Of a stretch of 64,000 nt of DNA, positions 62,927 through 64,000 are shown in pieces. The notes beneath the pieces are model-generated. The model searched no databases and was not told the DNA's origin. It was given only the letters and a program-made list of their open reading frames with translations. The DNA is from Adineta vaga. Its lineage: Eukaryota; Animalia; Rotifera. Both the position numbers and the translations under genes were made by a program. The DNA is taken from assembly GCA_021613535.1 (NCBI GenBank), contig CP075494.1:6572001-6636000 (forward strand), written 5' to 3'. The stretch's first letter is position 1, and every line of letters starts with the position of its first letter.

Positions 62927-63866
62927 TCATAGTAAAACACATTTTTCTTTTTGCTGACGAGATTTCTTTTTTGATGTTTGCGTTTTTCTTGGTTGTGATG
63001 TATCAGCGGTGTGTCCTTTGTCGGATGTTCTTGAGTCTTTTGGAAAACGAGTAGCATTTCGACTGACCGATCGATTGATTTGTCGAACAAGATCGTAGAA
63101 GATCTAAGAAACAAACAAATCAAGATTTTATTGGAATATCTTCGATTGATTAATCCATACTTCATTCACATTTGAAAGATTTTTTGCTGATGTTTCAAGA
63201 AAATTACATTTCCATCGTCGTCCTAATTCTTGTCCTGTTTGACGTCCAACAACACGTTCATCTTCTAAATCACTTTTATTTCCAACTAGTATCAATGGTG
63301 GTAGACCCTAAAGAAAGAAAAAGATTTTCATTCGAATAGTTTCTCTGTAAAAACAAAGGTTTTCAATTTACATAAATTTCTGCATCTTTAATACGATAAA
63401 TACGTTCATAAAAGTCATCCAAATCATTGAATGTTGCTTGTGATGTTATGGAATATACCAAAACAAATCCATGTCCACTTTTAACATATAAATCTCTCAT
63501 AGCAGAAAATTCTTCCTATAGCGAAAAGCAGAATAGAAGCGCAAGGAAAAATACGATGAATTTTACCGTTCCAGCAGTATCGAGAATTTCTAATGAATAT
63601 CTTTCTCCATCGATTTCTACAGTCTAGAAAATATTCATTTAAGAAAACACGCAAAAGAGAAAACAATCCGATAGATCTACTTTTTTATACACGTCTTCAA
63701 TAGTTGGATCATATTTTGGCATAAAAATACCTTGAACAAATTGCATTGTCTAAAGAAAGCGAAAATTCGTTACACAATTCGTTGGCTTAATTCATATTCT
63801 TACTAAACATGATTTTCCAACACCACCAGATCCGAAAACACATAATTTGTATTCAGCAATCACCAT
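62927..63866 (-). CDS. RAP1: Rap1-like small GTPase
   Basis: 'GSGGVGKS', '[15 protein letters not shown]', 'DTAGT' (Rap-type Thr61), 'NKSD', 'ETSAK', CAAX 'CVLL'. Confidence 0.9.
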
Positions 63867-64000
63867 TTTTTTTCTTTTCACTCACAAATTGAAATGCTTT
63901 GTTTTGATCTATCTGATGATTTCGAAAGAATTATTCTGTTTCTTTTTCTCTCTCTCTCTCCTTCTGACGTTAACAACGCCCTGTCTACTGCATGAAAGAG

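Overview
AT-rich eukaryotic DNA with many ~50-60 nt GT-AG introns. Gene content (intronless ART-TPR gene, F-box/84-nt-exon LRR genes, env-bearing Ty3/Gypsy element) points to a bdelloid rotifer such as Adineta or Rotaria; this is inferred, not searched. Host genes recognised by eye: a degenerate two-domain transmembrane adenylyl-cyclase-like gene, a CUB-LDLa-TM receptor, a GPI-type S/T-rich microprotein, dystrobrevin, METTL24-like, UQCRQ, TSSC4, NUDT21, a RIM/Fife-like scaffold, BORCS8, two geminin paralogues, ART-TPR, NEK11, two Nup62-coiled-coil ORFs, two tandem PDK paralogues and Rap1. Pseudogene fragments: CUL3, NCS, WDR75, F-box-LRR. Mobile DNA: a complete, very young 8.36-kb LTR retrotransposon (gag, -1 frameshift, pol, fusion-type env, 5-bp TSD) inside the first intron of an F-box-LRR gene, plus a CACTA-like remnant with a nested MITE. 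Strongest leads: (1) strand-polarised G loss upstream of the repeat arrays of two immune-like genes, with a skew flip across the LRR array; (2) a one-locus/two-protein Nup62-like arrangement and operon-like gene packing; (3) an env cassette bracketed by identical A22-GAAAAGAGA repeats; (4) a catalytically dead adenylyl cyclase. Exon boundaries and base counts were done by hand.
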